Shown in pieces: positions 36,937-46,750 of a stretch of 64,000 bases of DNA. The stretch spans positions 220,120-284,119 of the IMG/VR virus record IMGVR_UViG_3300028886_000034. The stretch is one strand, 5' to 3'. The notes beneath the pieces were generated by a model. It was not told the origin of the DNA. It ran no database searches and saw nothing but the letters and a program-made list of their open reading frames with translations. A program made the translations under genes and the position numbers. Source of the DNA: a virus. Its lineage: Duplodnaviria > Heunggongvirae > Uroviricota > Caudoviricetes. Position 1 is the first letter of the stretch, and each line of letters begins with the position of its first letter.

Positions 36937-37176
36937 CTAAATCACCTTTATCCCGACAGATAGTTTTTTATACATATATTCAATGTCCAAAATTACAATA
37001 GCATTAATATCTAAACATTCTGTAACAACTGCCCGATCACCAAATATAGTAACTACCTGAAAATTACATTTTAATAACTTATCAAATTTTTCACGATATT
37101 TGTTTGCCACTAATACCGCGCTATCAAATAAATCAACATGTTCATGCCCGAAATGTAGAGTCGCTGAACATATCAT
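36937..37176 (-). CDS. small hypothetical protein
   Basis: 79 aa, TAATG overlap; ends GIKVI. Confidence 0.65.
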   Translation of the reverse strand: MICSATLHFGHEHVDLFDSAVLVANKYREKFDKLLKCNFQVVTIFGDRAVVTECLDINAIVILDIEYMYKKLSVGIKVI

Positions 37177-37634
37177 TAAACCTCATCCTTCCAAGATTTT
37201 CTAGATCTAACATATTCGTTTTTCAGCTTCTCTGCAAGTTTAATAATCCTAGTCTTTAGAAATTTAACTCTATCTGTATCAAAACTCCAATTAAATACAG
37301 TTTTAATATAACCAGTAGGTGTTTGAAGAATTAGATATTTAATCTTACCATCCTTAGAACAGCCTCTATACCAATAAGTTGTTCCATAGAATTTATCTAT
37401 AGTTTTACCCATATAATGATCTCTTTTATATTCATCATTTAAAACTTTAGATATTTCTACATTACATTTAAGAATGTTCTTATCATCAAAACCTTTCTTA
37501 GAAGCTCTTTGTACAAATCTTCTCATAGCATGACCAGTAATCTCCTGATACTCTGGAAGTTTCACATTATCAGCATCCCACAAAGCTCTACTAGCCATAA
37601 TTAGAAGTTTGTCATCTATATCTTTGAAATACAT
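37176..37634 (-). CDS. hypothetical protein (T.HA..R...R motif, possible RelE-like fold)
   Basis: ITGHAMRRFVQR...YIKTVF; GGAGG SD. Confidence 0.55.
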   Translation of the reverse strand: MYFKDIDDKLLIMASRALWDADNVKLPEYQEITGHAMRRFVQRASKKGFDDKNILKCNVEISKVLNDEYKRDHYMGKTIDKFYGTTYWYRGCSKDGKIKYLILQTPTGYIKTVFNWSFDTDRVKFLKTRIIKLAEKLKNEYVRSRKSWKDEV

Positions 37635-37644
37635 GTCCTCCTCC

Positions 37645-37911
37645 TCATATTACTGAAATATAAAATTTACCTGCACGCTCACATCTATTAAATACTCTAG
37701 AACAATATTTATTCAAACCATATGCACTACTAAAAATTGATGTGTATTTTTTATCTAAAGATACTCTACTGAAATGTTTATTAATAGTAAAACTACGAAA
37801 TACATTATCATTAACCCAGAATATGGCGGTATAGTAAAATACTTTGTTATTAATCGAGTTCCATACAATATATCCACGTATCAAATTTTGTGTACTTATA
37901 CAGGTTGCCAT
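37645..37911 (-). CDS. small hypothetical protein
   Basis: 88 aa; ends FYISVI. Confidence 0.65.
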   Translation of the reverse strand: MATCISTQNLIRGYIVWNSINNKVFYYTAIFWVNDNVFRSFTINKHFSRVSLDKKYTSIFSSAYGLNKYCSRVFNRCERAGKFYISVI

Positions 37912-37914
37912 AGC

Positions 37915-38160
37915 TTATACCACTTTTATAAAATATACTGAGCTCGGATATGGAAACAACTGAATCCTTGCTGGGTCAACATTCCAAAGCCCATTTACTA
38001 GACGATTCCTTGATGCATATTTACGCATAAACATATACATATATCTATGTCTATTTAAAGTAATCGTATGAATTATCATCTCTTTAAAAACTTTATCAAA
38101 CACACGTACACTGTAATATTTACCTTCAGCAAGGTCTCTACACCAATTTTCACTATGCAC
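37915..38160 (-). CDS. small hypothetical protein
   Basis: 81 aa, GTG start; ends YFIKVV. Confidence 0.6.
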   Translation of the reverse strand: MHSENWCRDLAEGKYYSVRVFDKVFKEMIIHTITLNRHRYMYMFMRKYASRNRLVNGLWNVDPARIQLFPYPSSVYFIKVV

Positions 38161-38182
38161 TCATACCACCCCCAAATATATA

Positions 38183-38210
38183 CTGAGGGCTATCCTAAGA
38201 CAGCCCTCAG
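38183..38210 (-). terminator. hairpin after the SbcC-like gene
   Basis: CTGAGGGCT / AGCCCTCAG arms. Confidence 0.6.
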
Positions 38211-38220
38211 TTATTTTAGT

Positions 38221-40218
38221 TTACTTATTCAAATTAATAACTACACTATTAGCACTAATGATATTATCGTCATGAGTACTAACAATACATTGAGAAACTG
38301 TACTCATATGACTAAGGAGCTTCTGAATGTCATTCTTTCTATCATCATCCAGAAAGGTTGTAGGCTCATCAACTAACATAATTGGAACACATTCACCCAT
38401 TACTTTAAGTAAAGCTAGTCTCAATGACAACCCAACAGCTACCATCTGAGCACCAGACAATTGTTCAAACTTTTTTTCACCAATAGTAATGGTAACTTTA
38501 TTCCAATCAATATTGATTTCACCAAGACCACTAAAACTGAACAACTCATAAAACTCTTTATTCAGTATTTCAACAACCGGGTTAAATAGAACTGCTCTAA
38601 GTCTATTTGGAGTATCACTAAAGATATCTTTCCAATAACTTACCCGTTCCATCTCTTCTTCAGTATCCTTAATCTGTTTTTCTCTGGTTTTACTATTAAG
38701 AATACATTTATTATACATGCTCTTTTTATCTTCCCAAACTTGGAGCATATCTTCATACTGAGCAATATTCTTCTCAATATCTTTCATTTCATCCAATTGT
38801 TCTTTAGTAGGAATTGTTTTAATCTTTTCAGAAAGTTCACAGTATTTTTCATATGTATCATTACACATAGAAACACTTTTCTTCATCTTATACTCAGCAT
38901 CATTATAAGTTTTCCATTGCTGGTCAATATCCCAAATCTCTTTATCAGTAACTTCTTGAGGTGGATTCTTATACTTATTAATAATAGTAAGTTTATCCTT
39001 CTCAAGTTCTGTAATATGATTTAGAACAATGTCTCTACTATGCATTTCAGGGTTATTTGCTTTAATAGACCTAATATACTGTACCTCAAATCTAAATGGC
39101 TTAAGCCTATTAACCAAATACTCTTTAAGTTTCTTATTCTCAAGAAGAGTTTTAGCATCAACATGGTCCATACTGTTATAATTCTTCAAAAACTCTTCTG
39201 CCAAAGTTACATCATTAAAATGCTTAGTAGTTGACAAGCAATCCATCATATCATTTTCAGCAGCATTAATTCTCATTAAGTCATCTTCAGTATAATCTAC
39301 TCTATAAAACTTAGTAGAAATATACTTTTCAACATCATCTACATAATTTTCTACTACCTTATATCGAGCAATCTCATTATCAATATCATTAATTTTTGCA
39401 AATTCAATTGCATATTCTTTATATGCTGCTTGTTTATCTTTAAGCTCAATTACTGTTATTTCAGGTTTAGTAAGTTTATTAAACAAATCCTTATAATAAT
39501 TAGCCTCTTTTTTTTGAGTTGTTAAATTATAACTAAGAATCTCAAACTGACTATACATATTATAAAACTTGTTAATCTCAGAATTAGAATATTTCTTAGA
39601 CTCAAGAAGAGTTTTAATCATATTAGAGTAAGTCGTAATATTGCGCTCAATCTCATCAATATTAAATTCCTTCATGAATTCAAGATTCTGTTTCATTCCA
39701 TTCTGAATAGATACAATATCAGATTCAAGAGTTTTAATTTTTCTACCTAACTCAAGATTACCTTCAGACATTCTTTTAGCGTCAATAATCAATGAGCTAA
39801 GTTTATCAATAACTCCTTTACCATTCCCAGACATAAACAAATCTGCAATCTCACCTTGTCTAACATAACTAAGATTAAACAGAAGTGCTGGGTCAAAACC
39901 GAGGTGTTCGTACACATCTTTCACTTTCTTAAAAATTGCCCCATTAGGAAGTTGAAGTTTAGCTCCTTTAGCAGTTCTTCCAATCTTAGTTCCATCATCT
40001 AGTTCAAGAACTACTGTAAAGTCTTTATCATAAGGACCAATGAACAAATCATTTGTAAGACCTTTAGCTACTTTACCTGTCAGAGCAAGTGAAATAGCTT
40101 GAAGAATTGTAGTTTTTCCAGACCCATTTTGACCAACAATGTAAACATTCTTGTTAGCACAATCAATCTCAAGATCTTTAATTTTTCCAAAATTATGTAG
40201 TTTAAGTGTTTTAATCAT
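38221..40218 (-). CDS. SbcC/Rad50-like (gp46-type) ATPase
   Basis: IKTLKLHNF, GQNGSGKTT, YVRQGEI, coiled coil, LSGAQ signature, LVDEPT..LD, STHD. Confidence 0.9.
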   Translation of the reverse strand: MIKTLKLHNFGKIKDLEIDCANKNVYIVGQNGSGKTTILQAISLALTGKVAKGLTNDLFIGPYDKDFTVVLELDDGTKIGRTAKGAKLQLPNGAIFKKVKDVYEHLGFDPALLFNLSYVRQGEIADLFMSGNGKGVIDKLSSLIIDAKRMSEGNLELGRKIKTLESDIVSIQNGMKQNLEFMKEFNIDEIERNITTYSNMIKTLLESKKYSNSEINKFYNMYSQFEILSYNLTTQKKEANYYKDLFNKLTKPEITVIELKDKQAAYKEYAIEFAKINDIDNEIARYKVVENYVDDVEKYISTKFYRVDYTEDDLMRINAAENDMMDCLSTTKHFNDVTLAEEFLKNYNSMDHVDAKTLLENKKLKEYLVNRLKPFRFEVQYIRSIKANNPEMHSRDIVLNHITELEKDKLTIINKYKNPPQEVTDKEIWDIDQQWKTYNDAEYKMKKSVSMCNDTYEKYCELSEKIKTIPTKEQLDEMKDIEKNIAQYEDMLQVWEDKKSMYNKCILNSKTREKQIKDTEEEMERVSYWKDIFSDTPNRLRAVLFNPVVEILNKEFYELFSFSGLGEINIDWNKVTITIGEKKFEQLSGAQMVAVGLSLRLALLKVMGECVPIMLVDEPTTFLDDDRKNDIQKLLSHMSTVSQCIVSTHDDNIISANSVVINLNK

Positions 40219-40441
40219 ATCGAATTCCCCTTTCTCTCAATTCTGCTCTAAAAATTACATCCCAGCAATCATTAGCATATGGAATACAAAACTTCAAGCA
40301 GTTTTTAATATGTGATGTACTCATCAATTTTACTGAAATGAGTTTACCCTCTTTTGTTTTCCACAACTTCTTACTAGGGTCACCATTTGGTATCCAAACA
40401 GTAGTGTTAATTTCATTCTTAGCCTCTTCTCCTAAACTCAT
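40211..40441 (-). CDS. small hypothetical phage protein
   Basis: WKTKEGK.I....MSTSHIKNC; GGAGG SD. Confidence 0.7.
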   Translation of the reverse strand: MSLGEEAKNEINTTVWIPNGDPSKKLWKTKEGKLISVKLMSTSHIKNCLKFCIPYANDCWDVIFRAELRERGIRYD

Positions 40442-40458
40442 ACTGTTCCTCCACTAGT

Positions 40459-40683
40459 CTAAATAACCCTTATAGATATTTGCCCAAATGGAGAAAAGCC
40501 CACGTAAAAATCACCTATAGTTCTTGTTATCTTAGGATGTTTCTCCAATATCTGAGATGTATCTACGATTATACAACTATATAGTGAAATTCTCAATACC
40601 AGTTTAGTAGTAACAACAAAATTATATAAACTAAGTATTGTTGGTGGGCATTTCTCTTCAGGCGACTTCAATACTTTGATCAT
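40459..40683 (-). CDS. small hypothetical protein
   Basis: 74 aa, TAATG overlap; ends ISIRVI. Confidence 0.6.
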   Translation of the reverse strand: MIKVLKSPEEKCPPTILSLYNFVVTTKLVLRISLYSCIIVDTSQILEKHPKITRTIGDFYVGFSPFGQISIRVI

Positions 40684-41960
40684 TACATTTTTCTAATATT
40701 TGGTTTCACAACTTTAGTTAACCAGGCATTAATCGCATTTAGCTGTCTTTCAGTAACGTTAGTATTTCTTTCCTGATATGCCTGAATAAGATTACCATTT
40801 AAACTAATTTCAATTGTAACCAATGATTTTTCTGGCGTATCTTTATGTCTCATAAAGACAATATAATCCTTTCCTGTAGCATACTTATCAACATAACTAG
40901 CCAGACAATTACTCATAGCAGTCGCCTCATCATAAAAATCTTGAGGCTGTTTAGGAATGATAAACGTATAATCCCCAATTGTAGCCTCTAACACCGAAGC
41001 CTTCTTTGCTCTATTTACAATTTGTGTCTTATACCCTTCTCTTTTCATTAGCAGGCATTTATAACTTAATTGATTATGAAAATCGGACAAATGCTCTGGA
41101 TACTTGTCTTTAACCTTACCCCAAAGCTGCTCCTGCATACTTAAGGTATCTTTCCACGTATAAATAAACTGTGAAAAACTCATAGCATAACCAAGTCTAA
41201 CAGAATCGTAAAGTACATAATCTTTAAATGATGTAAAATCAAATTCATATTCGTCCAATAAATATTTCAGAGTATAACAGCTATCAACATGTACCAAGCT
41301 ATTACCAAGTTCTTTAATAAACACCCTAGCATTATCTAATCCAAACTTTTCCATAATATCATAAAATGCCTCCCAGTCCCATATATACTCCTGTTTAAAA
41401 TCCTTACACTTTAGCAAATATGGGATTTTACTATACATTTTTTCCCGCATCTCAATTGAATATGCAAAGTCACCATCTTTGTTTATATTATTTTGGAAAT
41501 AATATTTACCAAGAATTGCTTTTTTAGTACCACTAAGACTTAGCTCCCTCATAATAGCATTAAAGAAAACTTTCCCTGACATAATTCTTTTAAGCCAAAA
41601 ATCTTCTGGTAGATACATATCCGTCATACCAGACGTAAACTTAGAATAATTATCTTCATCCAAAGGCTCTATTTCTTCAAACCCATTTTTTATTGTCTTA
41701 ATATAGTATGAATCTTGAGATACCATAAATACTAGCATCTTCTCTGTTTTAGAAGTACTTTTCCTGATTACAAAATCGGGATAATTAACTAGAGCTAACT
41801 CAAATACTGGCGCTCGTTTAGGTCTATTTACCTGCTTTGACTCAACCACACTCTGTGGAGCAGATTTAAGCCCCTTAGCTTCTTTTGCTAGTTCTTTAAT
41901 ATCCAATCCTTTTGATTCCAAAACTGCTCTAAGTTCATCAAGACTAATATTAACACTCAT
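40683..41960 (-). CDS. PcfJ-like domain protein
   Basis: YPEHLSDFHN...FIIPKQPQDFYDEATAMSNCLASY...IVFMR....EKSLVTIEI..IQAYQERN. Confidence 0.8.
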   Translation of the reverse strand: MSVNISLDELRAVLESKGLDIKELAKEAKGLKSAPQSVVESKQVNRPKRAPVFELALVNYPDFVIRKSTSKTEKMLVFMVSQDSYYIKTIKNGFEEIEPLDEDNYSKFTSGMTDMYLPEDFWLKRIMSGKVFFNAIMRELSLSGTKKAILGKYYFQNNINKDGDFAYSIEMREKMYSKIPYLLKCKDFKQEYIWDWEAFYDIMEKFGLDNARVFIKELGNSLVHVDSCYTLKYLLDEYEFDFTSFKDYVLYDSVRLGYAMSFSQFIYTWKDTLSMQEQLWGKVKDKYPEHLSDFHNQLSYKCLLMKREGYKTQIVNRAKKASVLEATIGDYTFIIPKQPQDFYDEATAMSNCLASYVDKYATGKDYIVFMRHKDTPEKSLVTIEISLNGNLIQAYQERNTNVTERQLNAINAWLTKVVKPNIRKM

Positions 41961-42276
41961 TCTTAAAGGTCCTTTCATTAATCCAATCTTTAGCCATTTT
42001 AATTGCATTTTCCTCAGTAACTTCAACATGACTCAATACCGTCATAATACTATTAACTGACCATCCTAATCCACCATACATCTCTCCTTCATAAACTTCA
42101 AGAGTTTTACCATTAAATTTAAATCTAATATACTCTCTATAAGGACCTGTTTCATTTTCATAGTCCTCCATATAATCAACAAAGTATTCAAGTACTTTAC
42201 CAGTCTCATCCATAAATGGATATGCTCTATACGTAGATTGCCCAACATAATTATTACTTGGAATGCTTCTAATCAT
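41950..42276 (-). CDS. hypothetical protein
   Basis: GGAGG before MIRSIPS. Confidence 0.7.
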   Translation of the reverse strand: MIRSIPSNNYVGQSTYRAYPFMDETGKVLEYFVDYMEDYENETGPYREYIRFKFNGKTLEVYEGEMYGGLGWSVNSIMTVLSHVEVTEENAIKMAKDWINERTFKNEC

Positions 42277-42281
42277 TTTTC

Positions 42282-42650
42282 TTAGTCCTCCTTCTTCATG
42301 AACTCCGTCATCCAATCTTCCATAAACTCATCATCAACAAGTTTATAAGAAACAATCGACATTTCAATATAATATTCTTCTGGATCTGAATTACTCATAG
42401 GAATTCTACATTTTCGCTTATTCAGAATTTCTTCATATGTTCTACCATCTAAATCTTTAAACTCCATAATATTGATATGATTCACTTCGAAATACTTATT
42501 CAAAAGTCTATCCAATCCTTCATATGTTGCATACTCCAGATTACTATACAAATATTCCCTGACATCTGGATTCATTCCACAGTTAGGCGTATACTTCTCT
42601 ACTGTAAGAATATAAAGTCTTTTACTAACCATCTGGAACATATAATACAT
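42282..42650 (-). CDS. hypothetical protein
   Basis: GGAGGT SD, 122 aa. Confidence 0.7.
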   Translation of the reverse strand: MYYMFQMVSKRLYILTVEKYTPNCGMNPDVREYLYSNLEYATYEGLDRLLNKYFEVNHINIMEFKDLDGRTYEEILNKRKCRIPMSNSDPEEYYIEMSIVSYKLVDDEFMEDWMTEFMKKED

Positions 42651-42651
42651 T

Positions 42652-42978
42652 CTAGTTTACCTCCTTCTTCAGAAAAGTATCCCAAAATTCGGCTGAAACA
42701 TCAAACTTATCATAATTTTCACTATCAACATATACTTTTAACCATATATCTTTTTCTTTAAACAAGTTAAGATATATACTATTATTCCCATACGCTATTT
42801 CTGCAGATGTTCCATCTGTGTTATTTAACTCGTTTACTTCCGCATACTTTCGACCGATTTGTATTACACATTCAATTGCATCAATCAAATTTTCAAATAC
42901 AAATGTCTTATAATTTTCTCGACTTACATTCCATCTGATATCAAACTTATCAACTTTTACCTTATACACAATACTCAT
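42652..42978 (-). CDS. hypothetical protein
   Basis: GAGGTG SD, 108 aa. Confidence 0.7.
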   Translation of the reverse strand: MSIVYKVKVDKFDIRWNVSRENYKTFVFENLIDAIECVIQIGRKYAEVNELNNTDGTSAEIAYGNNSIYLNLFKEKDIWLKVYVDSENYDKFDVSAEFWDTFLKKEVN

Positions 42979-42979
42979 T

Positions 42980-43189
42980 CTATTTCACCTCTTTAGCATA
43001 AGACTCAAGTTCTTTATTACACATATTAACATCATTAATTGCCGCATTGTACTGATTCTGAATTGCTTCAACATTTTTCAGAATATCAGACTTTCTCTGG
43101 CATACTCCGGCGATCATACTCAAAGCATTTGCGTACTTCGGATCATTCATTTCCTTAAGTACTTCAACAATCAGATTCAGCTTATCCAT
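42980..43189 (-). CDS. small coiled-coil protein
   Basis: GGAGG before MDKLNL. Confidence 0.65.
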   Translation of the reverse strand: MDKLNLIVEVLKEMNDPKYANALSMIAGVCQRKSDILKNVEAIQNQYNAAINDVNMCNKELESYAKEVK

Positions 43190-43370
43190 TTTTAACTTCC
43201 TCCCTTTCTTGTCTAGCGTCTTTACAATAGGCACAAGTACATTCCTTAGTAATAGGATCTCTCATTGGTTCCCACACATTCCAAGGATATTTGTTATTAG
43301 GATATGGTGGATTTACTGTAGTACAAAATTTAATAATTCTACTAATAACGTTATCCATTCTTAACGTCAT
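43182..43370 (-). CDS. small Cys-containing protein
   Basis: CTCAYC motif; overlaps both neighbours in operon fashion. Confidence 0.55.
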   Translation of the reverse strand: MTLRMDNVISRIIKFCTTVNPPYPNNKYPWNVWEPMRDPITKECTCAYCKDARQEREEVKNG

Positions 43371-43746
43371 CCTCTACCTCAATAATACCGATGTTACACT
43401 TTTTACACCAAAGTGCATCTTCTACTGTACTATCAATGTTACAACTAACCCTACCATCGTTTCGCATAAATACATTCAATTCAAATATAATTCCTGCCCC
43501 TAAAACTGGGGTATGAGTAGAAATAAATATCTCTATACAACTTTTTATCATTTCTACAGATTCTTTTAAATTATATGGTTCTACTTTTTCAAATACAACT
43601 TCATTTCTACGAATCTTAGGTTTATAATAATTAGCTGTATATTCATTTAATACTGTTTCTGAAATAAATTTACACAGTTCACGCAAAGTGTTAAAATCCA
43701 CATTATGCATACTATAGTTATCTTGTCGAATGAAATATTTAACCAT
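43351..43746 (-). CDS. hypothetical protein
   Basis: GGAGGT before MVKYF. Confidence 0.65.
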   Translation of the reverse strand: MVKYFIRQDNYSMHNVDFNTLRELCKFISETVLNEYTANYYKPKIRRNEVVFEKVEPYNLKESVEMIKSCIEIFISTHTPVLGAGIIFELNVFMRNDGRVSCNIDSTVEDALWCKKCNIGIIEVEDDVKNG

Positions 43747-44176
43747 CTGTACCTCCACCATAAAGGTCTTTAATAATCTCTTCAATCTCTTTAGAATCAA
43801 TTTCAGGATCTTTTTCCTGATAATGGTAATCCTTAAGGTCCTCTTTATATACTTTATGAACCAATTCAGGATATCGTTGTCTTAGTAGGTTTCTATCACA
43901 TAGAAAAGTAGGTGTAATCAAATATACCTTTTTACCAATCTGTTCATAAATACACACATCATTAAATATAGTTCTTGGTATGATACAAAAGTTAGTTATA
44001 TCATGACCTTTACAATTAAAAGAATTTAAGAAACTATCTAAAGCATATTCCATCTCGGTTTCTTGTTCAGTTAGTTTATATCCTAACATTAAAACATGCG
44101 TATCAATCAACAATGCATGCGGAGCTGGGTCTTCTCTAAGTTTAAATATATAATACTTAAGCACGTTCGATGGCAT
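43739..44176 (-). CDS. hypothetical protein
   Basis: 145 aa, coupled overlaps. Confidence 0.7.
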   Translation of the reverse strand: MPSNVLKYYIFKLREDPAPHALLIDTHVLMLGYKLTEQETEMEYALDSFLNSFNCKGHDITNFCIIPRTIFNDVCIYEQIGKKVYLITPTFLCDRNLLRQRYPELVHKVYKEDLKDYHYQEKDPEIDSKEIEEIIKDLYGGGTDG

Positions 44177-44771
44177 AGATTTTCTCCTTCATTTCCTTTT
44201 CATAATCGCCATAAAACCGAATGTCAAGATTATACTTCTTATTAAAACTATCCAAGTCTTCTTTAGTATACTTAGAAATAACACTCGCAATACCACCAAT
44301 AGCATTGTCTTTCAACGCATCGTCCTTATACCATGGGCAAAGATATTCTTCACCCCAATCGTCTTCAATTGAATAATACTCGCATTCAAACAAATCATTT
44401 ACCGATTCCACATCATAACATGCTACAGTTAATTTTTGGACTACCTCAGATAAAGGCTTAACTTTATAACCAGACCACTGTTCAATAAATTCATCAGTAG
44501 CTTTAATATAATGTTTTTTAGGATCAGAAAGGTCATTATAAATCTTGACCCAATCATCAACACTAAGTTCAACTCCATGAAGTTCATCTTTATAAAAATC
44601 AATATCACTTTTTTGCTCATTCATATCGGTGATAATTTCTTTAAGTTTATTGGAAACTCGAACCAAACTATACAACCCTAATTCTAGGATTTTCTCCTTA
44701 TTAGAATTCATAATTGTAACCATACCACTTTTATTGTCTACAGCAAAGATAAGCTCATTATAATTAGTCAT
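44157..44771 (-). CDS. hypothetical protein
   Basis: 204 aa, coupled overlaps. Confidence 0.7.
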   Translation of the reverse strand: MTNYNELIFAVDNKSGMVTIMNSNKEKILELGLYSLVRVSNKLKEIITDMNEQKSDIDFYKDELHGVELSVDDWVKIYNDLSDPKKHYIKATDEFIEQWSGYKVKPLSEVVQKLTVACYDVESVNDLFECEYYSIEDDWGEEYLCPWYKDDALKDNAIGGIASVISKYTKEDLDSFNKKYNLDIRFYGDYEKEMKEKIYAIERA

Positions 44772-45237
44772 CTTCTACTTCCCCCTTAAAAAGTTCTACT
44801 TCAAATCCTGTAGCTGTAATAAACCTATTAATATTATCTTCATTTAAACTAAGCATATCTGCGGTAATACAATCTAGAAGTTCTTCATCACCTTCAAGTC
44901 CATTAGTATAAAACCAAAATGCGAAAATTTTATTAATATTATTAGTGGCTTCATAATAAACCTGTACCCACGCATTTTTATCAATACCATAAGTTGGAGT
45001 TCCTTTTGTCAAATCCCTAATAAGCATGTGTTCATACCTCTCTGCAATACTTAATGCAGACATCGGCTCATTATCAGGATTAAGGATTTCATCCATGGTA
45101 GTTTCACAATATGGGAGTAGCCTCGTAGCCCCTACTCTTTTAGCATTAAACCAATTATACATTGATGCTAACGTACTACTATTACAATTTTTAATTTGAT
45201 TATAATAGAAATAATATTTATCTTCAAACGTCATCAA
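44764..45237 (-). CDS. hypothetical protein
   Basis: 157 aa, coupled to the SbcD-like gene. Confidence 0.7.
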   Translation of the reverse strand: MMTFEDKYYFYYNQIKNCNSSTLASMYNWFNAKRVGATRLLPYCETTMDEILNPDNEPMSALSIAERYEHMLIRDLTKGTPTYGIDKNAWVQVYYEATNNINKIFAFWFYTNGLEGDEELLDCITADMLSLNEDNINRFITATGFEVELFKGEVEDD

Positions 45238-46376
45238 AATCCCTCCTCATTAAGAAGTCCTTCTAATTCCGCCTCCAATTCAACTTCGCTTACTTCATTG
45301 CGACCAACCACAGTTACAATCTTACCGTCAATAACATCCTGAATTTCAATTTCACCATTTGCAAACATTTTAATAAGCTTCCTTTCATTTTCATTCAATT
45401 CGGGATACATAATCTCGAATACCTTATCCTTATTAATACTCTTGATTTCGACCGATTCATTAAGTTCTACTGAATCATCATCAGTATCTTTGTTAGGTTT
45501 ATACTTAACAAAGACATTTGGTTTAGTTACATTAATTACTTCTGAAGAGATAATCAGATACAAAGTATCATCATCTACAGCTTCTGATTCGTCATCAATA
45601 ATTTTAGGCTTAAACTCTGGATACTCATATCTGTTAAACTCACCAGTAATATCGTCAATACGGACAAATGAAGGAATACACTTTTTACTATTCATTTCAT
45701 CCACATTAAACATGTACGTACTTCCTGTAGTGTGGAATTTACCATTATCATATACGATATGGCAATCACCCAATACTACTACATCGAAAGGTTTAAACAC
45801 TTCATCATATTCTGAAATAATCCCGGCAAAAGGATTCATTTCTTTTGTCGTAAAATGCGAAATAAGAACAATCTTATTTTCTACATATTTACCATCAATA
45901 ATATCATGTTTTACTTTATCACTAAGCTCCTTCAGTTTTTCAAGAATATCTGCACTATATGGGAGAAAGCAATATACTGTAGATTTATCATCAACAGGGC
46001 CTTCTCTCCAATTAGTATACCATTCAGTAAATACAAAATACTTAGGTGTAGTCAAATCGACATCACACAAGTTCTCATCAAAGATGTTTGCTGCGCACAC
46101 ACCATCAATATTAACCCTATCGTGATTACCTGGAATAAATATGAATCTACTCTTAGAGTTATCTGTAATAATATTCTCAAGAGTTTCTTTTACCAACACC
46201 AAATCATAGGGAGTAGGTCGATCAGAATCCCACAAATCCCCAGCAAACATAATTGCTTCATCTTTGGCATACTTAGCAGTTTCTCTAACAAGATAATTCC
46301 AAGTTTCATATCCTTTTCTATGATGAAATTTGTTTCTCCGGTTAGCTCCAATATGGCAATCTCCAAAGATATACAT
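45234..46376 (-). CDS. SbcD/Mre11-like (gp47-type) metallophosphoesterase nuclease
   Basis: GDCHIG, AGDLWD, PGNHD, ISHF, LGDCH, TGST motifs. Confidence 0.85.
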   Translation of the reverse strand: MYIFGDCHIGANRRNKFHHRKGYETWNYLVRETAKYAKDEAIMFAGDLWDSDRPTPYDLVLVKETLENIITDNSKSRFIFIPGNHDRVNIDGVCAANIFDENLCDVDLTTPKYFVFTEWYTNWREGPVDDKSTVYCFLPYSADILEKLKELSDKVKHDIIDGKYVENKIVLISHFTTKEMNPFAGIISEYDEVFKPFDVVVLGDCHIVYDNGKFHTTGSTYMFNVDEMNSKKCIPSFVRIDDITGEFNRYEYPEFKPKIIDDESEAVDDDTLYLIISSEVINVTKPNVFVKYKPNKDTDDDSVELNESVEIKSINKDKVFEIMYPELNENERKLIKMFANGEIEIQDVIDGKIVTVVGRNEVSEVELEAELEGLLNEEGF

Positions 46377-46389
46377 TTACTTCACTCCT

Positions 46390-46665
46390 TTATTCAGAAT
46401 ACTTCTTAATCTTTTCTTTCATTTCAGCAATAAGGTTGTCACATTTACCAAGAGTCTTCTGGGCTTCACTCTTAGTCTTATTGGCAGATTCAATCTTATC
46501 ACAAAGCATATCCACAGGATATCCTTTCTCAAACTTATCCTGCACTGCACTAATAAACTTATCACAATCAACAATCATATCATAAATCTCTTTCTTCATC
46601 TTCTCAACAGTCTCAATCTTCACAGTAAGTGCTTCAACAATATGATTACGGGTCTTCTCCATCAT
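46390..46665 (-). CDS. small coiled-coil protein
   Basis: AAGGAGG SD, 91 aa. Confidence 0.7.
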   Translation of the reverse strand: MMEKTRNHIVEALTVKIETVEKMKKEIYDMIVDCDKFISAVQDKFEKGYPVDMLCDKIESANKTKSEAQKTLGKCDNLIAEMKEKIKKYSE

Positions 46666-46700
46666 GGATATTTCCTCCTTTAAAATTATAACATGGATTT

Positions 46701-46746
46701 ACTAAAAGGTACTGATATACTTACTTAATATACCAGTACCTTTAGT
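46701..46746 (-). terminator. stem-loop after the second AAA/VWA cassette
   Basis: ACTAAAAGGTACTG / CAGTACCTTTAGT arms. Confidence 0.6.
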
Positions 46747-46750
46747 TCAG

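Noticed and set aside
45442-46409. Long plus-strand ORFs (227 and 184 aa) and similar antisense ORFs throughout (e.g. 1785, 14100, 25593, 33763, 52133)
   Set aside because: They lie antisense to well-supported genes, lack SD sequences and have shadow-frame composition.
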